A stretch of DNA of 63,682 nt, filler included, from Bipalium vagum (Eukaryota): assembly GCA_037834085.1 (NCBI GenBank). It is 3 parts of 3 records of this genome, joined end to end, with 100 filler letters (N's around TTAATTAATTAA, not from the genome) between each part and the next. Parts side by side here need not be neighbours in the genome. Positions count along the whole stretch, not along the records: positions 16,282 to 42,655 come from JBBMKC010151468.1; 2 more parts are not named here. One strand, given 5' to 3'. Numbering within the stretch: the first letter of the stretch is position 1; the number at the start of each line of letters is the position of its first letter. The notes under the pieces were generated by a model that worked only from the letters and a program-made list of their open reading frames with translations, was not told the DNA's origin and searched no databases. Shown here in pieces: positions 25,401 through 39,782 of this stretch. Both the position numbers and the translations under genes were made by a program.

Positions 25401-26403
25401 AATTAAGACAGTTAGTAATAAAAGGAATTCAGTTAATGCTCTTTAGACGTTCAAATAAGTGTATGAATATTTTTGAATAGGTCTGATAAGTGATCTGATC
25501 AGAGTGAAAAAATTCAGTAATTAACTGCCGATCTCTACCAATAAAATGTAATTATAAATTACTTATTTCTGCATGGAATAGTATGACCCATTATCATTAC
25601 GAAAAAGATAACCTATTTACTAATAAATGCTCTTTTAGCGCCTTAACATACCCTCCTCTAACTTATCTTACCATACATTTCTCCAATGGATTTCACATTA
25701 ATAGATCCATAGGTTTATTTTCTTTTTAAATTCTTTTATAGAAAATAAAGTATACCACCTGTTCCATTCTTTTAATTTCATAAAAAGCTCTTTAGTAGGC
25801 TGTTCTTAAGCCTATAAGCACATATATTAAAATAATTTTTAAATAACATGTGAATAAACGAACAATCTCACGCAAATACCGACAGTTTGATCAAAGCATG
25901 TTACATGTCTTTGAAAATTAGATACAAATAAAATTTCTATATTAACATGTCTACTGAAAGAAAGACCAACGAAGATTCACCGAAAGAAGATGTATTAAAG
26001 TAGGAAAATCATTCCGAAAGAAAAGATTTCATATTTTAATTTTCCATGGTTATTTTTCTTGAATAATTTATGAAAATCAAAATTTTCAATTCGATTTGTG
26101 AAATTTAAACATTCATTGTTTGTCAAAGCGGATAAACAAACAATGAAGGACGTTTGATAAACCTATTAACGAAAATGAATGTATATAATTTTTAAGTTAA
26201 ATAGAGCAAAAATATATCACATTTTCAGTTAATAAAATTCTCTTAGTATTTGTTTTATAACGAATTCATTTCAGTTATTAATAAAATTTTATGATTGCAT
26301 AAAAGGTAAGGTTATAAAATTTTTTGCATGGAATCATCAATTATAACATAAATATTGAATCACAAATTATAGATTAATTTCTTTAAGATTACGCAAAATA
26401 TTA

Positions 26404-27100
26404 CAGTCAAATCTGACCAATATGAACGAAGGCTACACAGCTGATTTAATACTAAAATTAAAATATTAAAATAAATAATAAAGACGTATCATTTGTAAAA
26501 CTTAATCTTTCATTTAATTTTCATTTCTTTGACAAGTAGTGAAGTCTGTAAGGTTTCATTCCTCGAAATCCTTTTACTTCTTGAATATCATAAATTATTA
26601 TAAGTAATTATGATAACTCCAAAGTTTTTATCTTTTCTGGAAGATTAATTTGAAAATATCTTTGAAGTCTTCGTGCACTTGAAAGGCTTCGTCTCCAATC
26701 TCAAATTTATTTTCTAACTTTGCAACACATTCATCCATAATTATTTCCAATTTTTCGTAATCGTTCTTTTATTTCTCAACAAGATTAAATAAGAGTCGGG
26801 ATTAATATGAAAACATGAGAATAAATCATTACATTCAGTCACTAATTCATCACATTTTTAAGAGACATTTTAAAGCAATTAGAGATAGTTGTTGCTTTTC
26901 TACTATCAAATGCTCAACTCAGTTTCTTACATATCAATTTTTTAGCCACTCTTCCTGTGTAAAATTATTACGTAAGTCAAATTTCATTGAGTTATTTAAG
27001 TACTTCTTACAATAATCTTTAAATGCTAAGATGTTAGCAAAAAATTTAACGTTACTCATTTCAGGATCTTTAGTAAGAAAAGCTACGCTGTAACAATTTC
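26404..27100 (-). mobile_element. pogo/Tigger-like transposon 3' relic
   Basis: TA|CAGTCAAATCTG TIR (a similar TIR start lies at 11124). rc remnants SNVKFF...AFKDYCKK and KATTISNCFK, then an acidic tail. Confidence 0.55.
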
Positions 27101-28309
27101 AAAAATTGAAAATGAAAAACGAAACTGTTTTTAAAACAATTTTTATCATAAATTATTTAAGATCTCAAGGTACAAGTAAAAATAAAATTTACTATTAAAC
27201 ACAGAAAATACGTAAGTAGAAGTAAAGACGTTAATAGTTTGCTTAAAAAGAACGCTATTAATTTGATCTCTTCTGTGATATTTGTCACGTGTTGGAAAAA
27301 CGATCGTTAAAACTTAATAAAAATTTAATTGGGCAGATAATTAAATTAATAAATAAAAGAATATATAAAATACGAAAAGCGACTCGTAAAAAAATAAAGA
27401 CTGAGAAAAACATAATTGGTAAGAAATTAAAACCTAAATCCGAACAATAGTTCGATAAGAAGAGAAACCTTAACAACTGTGAATGGGAACAAAGACAATA
27501 AATCGGTGTTCCAAGTGATGAATTTGGTAATAAAATTGCAAAAATTACTGTGACACAAGTAAAAAATGAAGGAATGATTTGTCTACCATTATATTAAATG
27601 TTCCAAAAGTTATTTAATGCTAGAAATCGGGTGAAATTTGTTTTTTGACAACTTGAAGAATTGAAAAAAGTCTATCAAAAAAGACTGATAATCATATTTA
27701 ATATTTGTGGAAGTGAACAGAATTTCACCGAAAAATTCTGCTAAATAGTTTGACAACATATTCACCATTTTAATTCAGATTCTTTTATACAGAGAGACCA
27801 TATAAATGTATTGCCTGCTTAATGAATGTAGTAAATAAATAGCATTAATTGCAACGGCACACTGAAACTTAATCAATTAATGTTGAAAGGAATTTTTCTA
27901 TGTTTTGGAATATATTAGAATTTTTAGAAATCGAAACGAAATGTTACAAAAATATTATGATATTCTTATCATGCCTTATCGATTTTCATTAGAGAACTGA
28001 GAGAATTTTTTTGAAATTTCCTTTGAAATCAGATTATAATTTATCCCACTAAAATCTTATAAAATGAAAGAGAACCTAAAAATATTAAGTAATGTCTCTC
28101 AAATGGGTGAAGGCAATAAAAACATAAATAATTGGTTTGCCTGAATTCCTGCATATACCATACCGACTTATTTGTAATGGATTATAATACTCGGAAAGAA
28201 AATTGGCTAACAGTCTGAAAATATTAAGGTACATAAAATCCCTCTAAAACCACTCTCGTTAATAATATTCTCTCTAGAAAATTCTTATTACCAATTAATA
28301 ATAATATTA

Positions 28310-29335
28310 TATTATTAAAAAAGGTACCCCCATCAACTTTTGACAAGTTATAAGTTCATATTTTCAAAAAAATAATTTAAATTTTAACTGAATAAATTAA
28401 CACTGAATGTCTCTGGCGTTAAAGAAGGCTCTTTGACGATCACACTTCGTTAGGTATTCACCAAGTTTTTCAGGTATGGTATGAATTACGTGCTGAATTT
28501 TTTCTTGTATAGTAAAAATCAACTTATACCGTATTCTATCTGAAAGCTCGCTTACATCTATGGCAGAAAACTCGTAATTATCCCTTAAACAGAGTTCTAC
28601 TTCATCTTACAAGTTTTCAGTTTGGGAAAAGAGAGGGAATCTGCGAACCATTGAAGAACTTTAACAGTATCAATTTCCGATATCACAATTCTGGCTTTTT
28701 GAGGTCTGGTATAATCCTTTTAACGGCAGATTGGTCTTTAACAATTGGTAAGACATGCAGCAGAACAATTTCATTTAAATAGCGTTTAACGAAAACCTCT
28801 GTACGACTATTTCAAGATATGCAGACCCGAAAAATACACTACCTCATCCATAACGATCGTGTTCTAGAATACAGCAAGCGCATATCGTCTAACTGGAATC
28901 CTACCATCATTAAAGTCTAGCGCAAATCTGGATTCGTAAATTCTTAGGATATTCTACCATTCATCAATCCAATGTCGGTGACCACTAGCCCAATGTAACC
29001 TATTTATTTGATGATAATATCTAAGATGAATTCTAATGACAGGATAGCAATATTTCTATCCAGAGTCAAGGAATACTAATCTTGCAGTACGCAATCAGCA
29101 ATTTATTTTCTCATTCTTAATCCATTTTGAACGATTACCTTCATTACGATACCTGACCCACTATTTTGAACGATCCTTTTTGTTATTCGAATTCTTTTTG
29201 CCACATCTGTGAATAAAAACTGAAACATAATAACCTAACCAAATTACCGCAACGAAATACGTTTTAAAATACGAACATTTTGTTTTAGAATTTATAACCT
29301 GTAGCTAAAGGGGTACTATTTCTGGACCACAAGTA
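28310..29335 (-). mobile_element. Degenerate Tc1-like transposon
   Basis: rc remnants ESRFALDFNDGRIPVRR, EHDRYG*GSV, CIS..SRTE and RYLNEIVLLHVLPIV. Boundaries approximate. Confidence 0.7.
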
Positions 29336-29799
29336 TATATGCTCGGTACATAACTCGTGATTTCTGAAATATTTTTGAAATTTATACCGAGTGGTTTTTG
29401 CGCAATTCATTTATTAAAACAAATCTCACAGAAATCCAAAAAGAATTTTTCAGAAAAATATGTTCCAATATTTTATGTAAATAAAATCTCAATGATCACT
29501 ATCTAAAATAAAATCTCTGTGTGATCATAAAATAGAGCCTTTGCCTTGGTTTCGATAATTCCCAACTCATTTCTATAAATGTTATGGATTATTCTGAGAT
29601 TTTACTTAGAATAAATTTCTGCTCAATCATTTTTATGTTGCAATTAATTTCTGAAATTGTCATTTTTTATCAGCTTATATGTTGACTTGGAAGAAGAAAA
29701 AATAATTTCGATATTAAATTGATTTGGGATAATTTTTTAGAAATTAATACAAAATATCATGGTTAAAAATCGTTTTAATAATAATTTTATTATTTATAT

Positions 29800-29980
29800 C
29801 ATATATTATTATTTTTATTATATTATAGTTATTATATAATAATTATTATTTATATTATAGTTATTATCTATATTATAGTTATTATTTATATTATTGTTAT
29901 TATTTATATTATAGTTATTATTTATATTATAATATTATTATTTAGATTATTATTATTTATTTTATTATTTATATTATATT
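29800..29980. repeat. AT-rich minisatellite, ~20-bp unit TATTATAGTTATTATTTATA
   Basis: Several tandem, slightly diverged copies are visible. Confidence 0.75.
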
Positions 29981-31120
29981 ACCTTTTTACTTAAACGAAC
30001 AAAAAATAAGTTTACGAAGTTTGAGAAAAAGATGTAATAAGGCTAACATATAAAAAGAAAGAATAATTATCGTAGAAAATATCACTATTTTGTTTCAATC
30101 ATTAAATATTTACATTTTCTTTCGATGAAAATTAAACAGAATTGACCAATTTTCGTTACTAAAAATTAGATTACAACAATATTTATTTTACCCCATTTAT
30201 TTGGACAAGAAACATTGGGCTTTTAATGAAATCATAAATCAGCTGTGAGAGAGTTTAACTAAATAGACTAACAACCTGGTGGAGAATATCAAATAGGTTT
30301 AAGACCACTACTCAAATTGATGAAAATCCAGAGAGAAATGTTCTGACCATAACAACATCAGGCTTGATTGTCGACAGTAAAAATTGAAAAAATTCATTGT
30401 TTTTTTTCGTTAATCGAAGAAAATATCATTTAAATTTTCTTATTCTGTTCAATCTTGTAAAATAAATCAATTATACCATGAAGCCATTACCCTCTGCAAC
30501 AAAAACAATTTGTTCGTATCTCACTCTATGTTTATATGGTAATTTGGTCTTGTCAAAATGAAGAAGAAATCGATAAAATAAGACATGGCTTTTGATTTAT
30601 TACAAAAATATAATACTGGTCAGATCAGTAATAACGGGAAAAGTATTTTTCATAGTGGGAAGATCTGAGCATTTTTACAGCGCGGTTTCCAATGTTACTA
30701 CTCACTTTAATTAATTGTTTTAAATTACCATTTTTATTTATAACATTCTTTGTTTTACTTTTCCACAATAATTACATAATAGAACCACGACCTCTGAGTT
30801 TAAAAATTGATTTTGATTTATTAAAAATAGATTGAACCCGAATATTCTGAAATGTCAGAAGCGATCTATTTTTACTGAAATATATTTGAAAATAAACCAT
30901 GAAAACCAGAATTAGACCGGTAAATAAATTTATATAAGGAAATAAATCGTCCTTCAATATTGGAAGATTTAAAAGTGCACAAAATTTAAAAATATGGAAA
31001 TAGAAAAATATTTTATGATGTTTTTCTCCAATTTTACACTATAAAGTATTGGTAGTGTTGGAGAAACCCGTGGTCTTTCTGACAGACTTCGCTTTGTTAA
31101 ACAATTACGAAGAAAACTAT

Positions 31121-32305
31121 TTGGATTGGCAAGAAAGTTTATGTGCTTTTTAATGAAAAGAAAAAATCAAAATATTTTATTGATAAAAAAAATTTTATGT
31201 TCAACATTATTATTAATGATTTTTCTCCATCTTTCCGTCAAAATCGTTCGTAGAACTCCTGGGATTTATTGAAAAAAAGTGTTAATTTGCATTCTGACAA
31301 ACTCATCGTCATTGACTGTTTTCCCATTCAAGGTATTTTGTAGTGACCGAAACAAATGATAATCGGTAGTACCCAAGTCCGGTGAGTATGGAGGATGAGA
31401 CAAAACATCCCACCCAAAGGACATTAATTTTTTTCGGGTGACCAAAGATATATGAGACTTGGCATTGTCGTGTTGGTAGACATCACCCTTCGATTTGCCA
31501 ATCTTGGACGCTTTTCGTGAATTGCACTGTTCACCTTTGTCAATTGGGTGCGGTACACACCCAAATTGATCGTTTGCCAAGATGATAACAGCTCGTAATA
31601 AATTACACCGTTAAAATCTCACAAAAAAAAGAATTATCTTTTTGGGGTGTATTCCTGCCTTTGGTGACGATTTTGGTAACAACCTCTACGGACAACGTTG
31701 TAATAGACAACTCAGTTTTCATCTCTGATAACCAATTGCTTCAGGAATTCATTTCTTGCCGTTTCAGCAATGAGTCACATACGTGCCAATAAATTGGCCT
31801 CCTTTAATTTATGCGTTACCCAACGAACCCCAGATTAAGCAGAGAATTTTCTATCGTTGTATACAATGTCTTTAGTGTCCTTGCTATTTCCCAAACCGTG
31901 TTCGATGGATTCCTTTCGATTATAGACTCAATATCGTTTGGATCAATGCGAAATGAGCGTCCGGAGTGGGATGCATCGTTCATATCGAATTTGGCGAAAC
32001 ATTTTTGGAATACTTGTATTGATAAAGAATCATATCCATATACTTTACATATTTTCTTATGTGCATCAGAGACCCACTTACCTTTTTAAGATTTATATAA
32101 TATTTATAAATAATATAATACTTATCTTTTTCAAAATAAAACAACAAGATATGAAGAAAATGCAGCTTTTTATCTTGCATAATGAAATTTTAATTATCGC
32201 ATAAAACTATTATATTATTTAAACAACAACTGAATGATCGATTTTTGAAAATTTTATTTACGAATTCCAATATTAAAAAGCGCACGAACTTTCTTTCCAA
32301 TCCAA
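31121..32305 (-). mobile_element. Near full-length mariner pseudogene (mellifera-subfamily-like)
   Basis: TIRs TTGGATTGGCAAGAAAGTTTATGTGCTTTTTAAT / rc TTGGATTGGAAAGAAAGTTCGTGCGCTTTTTAAT. MQDKKLHFLHILLFYF...KGK...AHKKICKVYG; HDNAKSH...GWDVLSHPPYSPDLGTTDYHLFRSLQN. Confidence 0.92.
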
Positions 32306-32603
32306 TACTATATTTATTATCGAAATGTAAAGCAATATGTAATCGTGATCCCGAATAAATATTAATACTAAAAAATTGTTAATTATTTTTAGAACCTTCA
32401 ATAAAAAAACAAATAGAAATAAAAATCTTTCATAAAAAATCATTTAAAAATAAATTTTATTTATATAAAAAATTTAAAATTGAATGGTCAAAAATCGAAT
32501 CCAATTGACGGAGAACAGAAAGGGTATCATTAAAAAAATCGGTTGATAAAACTTTAAATATTTTAAAATGAAAGATTATTTAATATTGTAATCCGAATAA
32601 GAC

Positions 32604-32648
32604 ATTATTATTAATTATTATTAATTATTATTATTATTATTATTATTA

Positions 32649-32695
<47 letters not shown>
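32604..32695. repeat. Imperfect (TTA)n microsatellite
   Basis: Directly visible run. Confidence 0.9.
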
Positions 32696-32697
<2 letters not shown>

Positions 32698-33383
32698 TTT
32701 CAGTATAATTTTTTAATTTATTTAATTATTTATTATCTTATTTGACTATAATATTTTGATACTTCACAAAATATAAATAATACTTAACTTTGAATGGACA
32801 GTTTCTTGTAAATAATTAATTTTTGACAAAATTTATGATAAAAAAGAGCTTTTTGATCAGCAAGAAAAAGTTGGTGAATGGATTTCAATATTTAATCAGT
32901 AATTTTCCAAATAGATCAGTCAAAGAGAAATTTTAACATTGAACTTATGACGGTAAGTCTAAGGATTATCAGTCAACTCTCTAGCACGTAATTTCTGTCT
33001 TCATCGGTTTGGGAGTTATTTCCAGCTATTTGCCGTTGACACAAATGTCAATTACTGATATAAAAGATCATCACGCATTTAAATAATATCTATGATCTTA
33101 GCAGAGACTCCACAACATTTGAATTCATAACTGTTCTCATAAATATTTAATGGGCTTAATTTTATAAGGAAACAAAGAGTGTGGGACTTAAAATAAGCTA
33201 AATTAACATAATAAATTGTCTTGATTATTCTCATTGCCCAATATTGAACTCTTATAAGACAAGAAAGTTAATCTCAAAATTAAATACAATTTTAACTCTT
33301 CTAAACGCTTGAGTTATTTTCAAGACTTTAGCAAGTTGTTCCTACTAGTGGTGTTATTTTCATGTTTGTTAATTTCTATTATA

Positions 33384-34470
33384 CTAGGTGTACAAATAAA
33401 TAAAGCGGATTTATTTAGATCGATTCACCGACATATATAGCAATATAATTTTGAATTCAAATTTAATCATTTATTTTTTAACAATCGCTATTTACAAGAC
33501 TAATTATTCAAATTTTCATTAGATGTTAATATACTCATAATTTGTAGACATAAACATTTCCTTATTTAACGCAAACAAATACTGCATAAAGCTACCGAAT
33601 ACTTCCCGATGTTCATGAGAAACATGTAGTATCTCAGGATACGGCGGTCGTTGATTTATATGGTTAAGAAATAACGATTTTATGTTGAAAGTCAAGGAAC
33701 TTCTAGACGGTCCTTCCAAATTTGAAAATTAGAATTTAAAATTTATTCTATGAAGATGCATGTCAGTCTCAAAAGCAACCTACCATAAGATTATGTGTTA
33801 CTCAGAAGACAATATGTACACGATTAGATAATACAGAGAAAATTTTAAAAGAAGTAAAATGAGTACATTATAAATTGGACGAAAGTCAATTGTAAAACCG
33901 AAGAGTAAATTTTGACAAGAGATAAAAGTTGGATTTATTTTGAAAATCTCAAACGCACGAACTCATGGGTTACCAGATCAAAAGTGAAGAAGACTGCAAG
34001 ACCAGACTGCTGTGGAATTAAAACAATGCTTTGCATCTGGTAATATCAAAAAGTTATGATGTACTATGAGCTTTTCAAACCAGATGAATCAATTTTTAAC
34101 TGCTAAACATCCAGAAGGGGCCAAAAGACATGGAAAATAATTTTGTTCCATAACAACCATCGTCCCACACTTCTAAAAGGATATTTTAAAGGGCTGAAAA
34201 GTACTCACGCAGATCCTTCTTGCTCCTTCATATTGTAATCTGTTCCGGTCAGTGGCACATGGAACTATTCAGCCGAACTTCAAAACGTACGAAGATGCTT
34301 AAAAATGGTTATCTGAATGATTTGCCTCCAAATCAAAAATGTATTGTGTAACAGTATACAAAATTTAACTGAAAGATGGGAAATATATGTGGCTAGCAAT
34401 GGCCATTTCTTCTTTCTTAAAGTATTTGTTAGGTCTTTTGAAATTATCTGCATTATTTTTAACTAACGCC
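33384..34470 (+). mobile_element. Mos1-like mariner relic
   Basis: TA|CTAGGTGTACAAATAAAT TIR. NNDFMLKVKE..PSKFEN, EDACQSQKQ, NLKRTNSWV, NLFRSVAHG..FKTYEDA*KWLSE*FASK and ERWEIYVASNGHF. Right end approximate. Confidence 0.8.
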
Positions 34471-36975
34471 GAACCGAAATAACAAACGTGGAAATAAGAC
34501 TTTAATTTATCATATCGAAAATTATAACACAATAATCCCCATGCGACGGTGGAATTTACTTCTATGTAAATTTCAATGGGAAGTCCACAAGGGAAATTCC
34601 AAAGAAATTTACCCTGGTTTCATAAAATTATTTTTACAAGGTGCATAAAAACAAATGTCTAAATGTGACATTTCCTTTGTCAATACCATTTTGGTGTTCA
34701 CTGAACTTCGATAAAACCCAGAAATTTATTAATACCTGTTATAAATAATATTAATAGTTGGTATATTGATACGGAAAAATATAGACAGAAAACTCTAATA
34801 CACCTAAAGACAATATTGTCAGTTGTTTCTTTTGATGTCTTAGTTGAAGACATTAGGATAGAAATTTGCACCGTTCCCCAATAATTCTTATAAATGACAA
34901 TCATTACTAGCCATAGAGCAACGACTCAAATAAAGAGAAAACCCAGAGAAAAGCTTTCAACAATGTAACCCACACTTTGTTAATAAAAACTGGGTGAAAG
35001 AGGAACAGTTAAGAAATATAAAGAAAGACAATAAAACTCGAGATATCCACGCACAGACAAAATGAAAGGTGAAACATTTAATATTTCTTTCATATGTCTC
35101 TAATTCATATCTCTAAGATTAATGGCTAATTTTTTCATTTGTCTTTGTTCTTGTCATAAGAATCGGTTCAGCTTTCCGCCATTGATGGCCGAAATTTTTA
35201 TGACTTTCTTAGATTTAATAGATTACATATCTTACTTAATGATCTTTCTTCTCCATTTTCAAGGGTAAGAATGATAATATTGACATAATAAATCGAAAGA
35301 AGTTTATTATTAGACAAAAGGAAATCATTTCATTCCTTTCTCTGTTTTTAATATTTATCACTAATGTAAAATGTTGAAGTGCAGATTTAGTTCCAAACCT
35401 GGAATATATTTAAATCCAATATATAAAACCAAACCGATATACACTCCAGTGGAACTTAATAAAAACATAAGGTCCGGGTCTCCTGGTGAATCTTAAAATA
35501 GAGCTTAATAATAAACATGCGTATGTATTGTACAAAACCTAGGTAAAATATTGCCTGACGAAGGTTGAGAGAAGTCATAAATGACAGTCCCCAGCTTACA
35601 TGTTGAAATCCGTCATTGGCAATCATCCAAATTATTATTTTACTTCAAAATGGAGATTTGGTTTTCTCAAAAAATGTCATGCCAAACCCAACGAAATAAA
35701 TAAAACTCGTGTTTATTTAAAAAATGAGCTATTATTATTATTATTAATTATATATTTTAATGATAATGATAATAATTCTAATGAAAACATAATAATAATA
35801 ATACAAAAATATTATAAAAATTGTTTTATTTACTCAAAAAATTGGAGAAAATTAAAAAAAACGTCCTCTGTATTAATAATATGGAGAAAAATTTGTTAGT
35901 CAAAATGAATAATAATTTTTTATTTCCTACTTCGATACGGGCTTAATAAAGACTGTACGAATTAATAATCTTAAAGAATTTTCCAGCTTTCCTCCAGAAT
36001 ACATCGAAAATAGATGTGAATCTGTTAAATTATTTCTTTTCAAAAGACAGCTAACGAAATGAAAATTAATTCATTCCGGTATTATTGGTCTATAAAAATA
36101 AAACTAAGAATTAAATTTGTGTAGAGGGCCAATTTTGCCCATTGAAAAAATAAAATTGACATTTCGCGCAAAGATATACACATTATGAAAGCTTAGCTTT
36201 CGTCAGAAGAGCAGTAAACTGATTAATTGCCAATTAAGTGGTTTAATTAATTACCCATTAATCAGATTTGTAAAGCAACTCGGGAATCGACCGAAAACTT
36301 TTTTTAAAAATAAATCAATAAATTTTATAAGATACAATCGTTGAAGACCTCATGGTGATATATTTTCAAGTGTAAACGACCCTGGTTCTTTGTAATTGGT
36401 TTAACATGATAAGTCTTATCTTCGTCTTTGTTCTTCGAGCTCACTGGTAATATCAGAAGGAAACGCTTATTGAAATGAAATTAATAATGACAGCAAAAAT
36501 ATATTTTTATTATTAATACAACGGATGTATTAAAACAAAATCTGAAAGAAATTATTTTTAATAAATATCATAAATTTCCAATAAACGCGATGGGAGTTTC
36601 CTGCTTTTTTCCTCAATTTTGGATTATCATTAAAACGACAGACAGTCAGAAAATTGTTAACATGAAAAAATTATTATTTTTGTTTTCTTTAATTAACATA
36701 CTTGTCCCGTGCCGATATTTATGAACTTCATTTAATTTGCTTTAAATTTTTAGAACTAAAGTTCAAGCACAAAATTTTAAAAATGAATTTTTTTCATCGA
36801 AATATTGTGTAACTGTCACACTTTCGATATGATTGAACAACAAGTAATTATGGAATTTTGTATTGATTTGAAAAAAAAAGCACGGGGATTTAAAAATGAT
36901 TCAGTAACGAAGCATTGGACCACGGACGAAAGTTTTTTTCATCGGGAAATGTTTTAAGGAATATAATCAGATATA

Positions 36976-37375
36976 TTGGAACTGTCAAAAAAGTTTCTGC
37001 AGACTTTGGAAAAATGAATAAAATGTTAAATATTAAGTTAATTTCAACACCGTAAAGTACATATACACCATTTTGATCGATAAACTCTTATCATTTTCTG
37101 TCAAGGCCAAAATTCCGTTAATGTAAAACTTCTGCGATTTTTCGGTGAAAAATGATAAGTGCTCTTTACAATAAATTTTTTAAATTCATTTTACACCATT
37201 AAAATCTGCAGTATGAATGAAAGGCATGAAAATCTGGTGGTACAATATGAGGACTATTCGGAGACTGCAGAAAAACTTTCCAATCAAGGTCCCTCAATTT
37301 TGCTGAGTCATCATAAACACGTGCGGTCTGGTGTTGTCATACTGAAACACAATGCATTTCCTATATATTTACCAA
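36976..37375 (-). mobile_element. 3' fragment of mariner, same family as 16926-17458
   Basis: Collinear nucleotide similarity (TIR, ACCATTTTGATCGA, GCCAAAATTCCGT) and VFQYDNTRPHV. Confidence 0.8.
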
Positions 37376-39782
37376 GAATGTACTTTATAATTCGGGTATT
37401 TACTTACTGAATATCTCTCAAATAAAAGCACGGTGGCAAATTCATTCTATAAAAATATATATTGAGAGTCTATTATCACTTATAGTGACTTTTCTAACAC
37501 TCAATCAATTGCAAGCGCTACCAGATTTCTGCTTTCTACAGCCGACTTAAAGCCAATTTTACAAACGGACCACTGGCTTGAGGAATTGACAAAATAAAAT
37601 TTGATTCTTCAAAGTAAACTTTTCAGAGACATGTATTAATTTTTTAATCTCAGACCAATAATTAAGGACGTGTCAACCAAAATCTAATTCTACCAACATG
37701 AAATGGTTGGCGTCATCTAATATTGAAATAAAATTTCATCAAACCAGTCTTTATTGATTTATTCAATAATAATTTATTGAAAGATATTTATTGAATTTTA
37801 ATAATCCCAATTTTATTTTGAAAATTATAAGAGCACATTGTTAGTTATATCTGATTTACTAAAAATAACATTGCAGAAATTCTATGAGGTAACAAATAAT
37901 ATAAAAATACTTTATCAAATACGTTTATTAAAACAAAGATTTTAGGCGCAACTTTTAAAATTTTACCAACATTACAAAGACCATTTGATTGAAAATTTGC
38001 CATTTCAGATATTTATAAATAGTTCCTTTAAAAATATTTCAAATAATTCGCTTATAACAAATTAATTTATTAAAAATATAAAATGGGAAACATTTAAATG
38101 GTTACCGATTGGAAAATCAGTAAATTTGATGATTAAAACAAAGACTCGGGTACAAAATGTCAAATTTCTCAAAGAATTGATTAACGTTAATCTTTTGAAG
38201 CAATTTATGATAACTGTAATAGTTTTATTTTAAAATCATCTTTCAAAATTCATTGGTTAATATAAAATCGAAATAAAGATTTTCTCAAAAACCCTGGGAT
38301 TAATACTGAGAGACATCAGACATAAACGATAAGAAAATTAAAAATTCAAATAACCTTTATCAATTAAAAATCCTAAAGCAATTTTTCAAGATAAATTTCC
38401 AATGTTCTAGCAACAAAATTATCATAATCAGATCAGACACAATTTGGAACAAAGCAAAATGTTGGCAAAATAAAGAAATCGAACGGCAGCACTTAAAAAG
38501 TTTTAAAACTATAATAATGAAATATTCTATTGGTTATAAAACATTTATTGACAAAATGATGTGTGTATCAAACTGGTGTTTGTGTGTTAATATTTTCATG
38601 ATGATGTACAGCGTTTGTTGCTGTGTTTTTGGGCTTATGAGTGGTTGTGTTAATCAGAAAATTAATTGCGTGATGGTGTGTGTGCCAGCGTTTTTCTATG
38701 GAGACATGGACAGAAAATGTCCATATAAAAATCTTACCACATATAAAATTCCCATATTCTGAGTCAGACTATTTCCATAAATGTTATGAAAGCATAAAAT
38801 AAACAATTTGCTATTTTTCTTCACCAATCGATTGTGTGAAGATTTTAGACTTTTATTTTGAGATTATTGAGGGGGAATTAATTTAATCTGTATTGTTATT
38901 ACTATTTGTTCATGACTTCACTAACTTATCATAAAAATAATATTTTCAATAGATTTTTTCCAACAAAAAAAAAGAATTCGATCAATAATTTTCTGAAAAA
39001 AATTTAATTTCATGCCCATTTAAAAAGGAGGAAAATTTTAATCATTAAGAAAAAAAATTCACATAAAATAATATAAGTTTCGTAAAAAGAAAACCATTTC
39101 TTTGTATTGGATAAAGATTTGTTTCTTGTGTACATAACACAGAATCACTACAGCCTTATCATTTGTCAGGCTTTGCCATTAATGCCTTTGTGGACGTGGT
39201 TAATGAGTCATTGGTTTATCAATATTCATTCTTCAAAAAGTGAACAGGAAAATAATAGGAAATATTTGTTCACGGAAAACTGTAGCTGTTGTTATGGTGA
39301 TTATACTTTATCCTTTGGATTATTTAGGTTTTTCGGGATACACATACATTTGGAAAAATTTTCCAGCCAAATAAAATTTACTTTAACAGTTCATTATTTA
39401 GTGGAAATCAGAATTGCATAAAAGGCTCTGGCTTTACAAGGCAGAACAATTTCATGAATCCGAAAAATGGCTAATGACTCTCAAAAACTGAAATATGTAC
39501 ATCAGAATGGATGGGTGATAATTAATAATAGCTCTGTTTTTTTGTAACCCTTTATCGATTTGGTATGGTTATGTATATATTAAAATGGTTGCCACAAGCA
39601 AAATACGTCACTACATTATTTTTTGTTTAAATATTGTTAATATTTTTGTTTTGATATCATTCGGATCAGCTATTTCTGCTTTTTCTCGATGTTCACCTGT
39701 TGTAACTAATAAAATTAAAATTTTTTAAAAAAGTACTTTTGTTAAATAATTGTTAAAACTAACATTTAAACAAAATCAATTT

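Noticed and set aside
35535-35615. CTGACGA followed by a long hairpin and GAAA
   Set aside because: Seven extra bases precede GAAA and no stems I and III can be formed consistently.
38517-38762. Cys/Met/Val-rich 81-aa ORF
   Set aside because: Arises from TG-rich low-complexity DNA; no recognisable domain.
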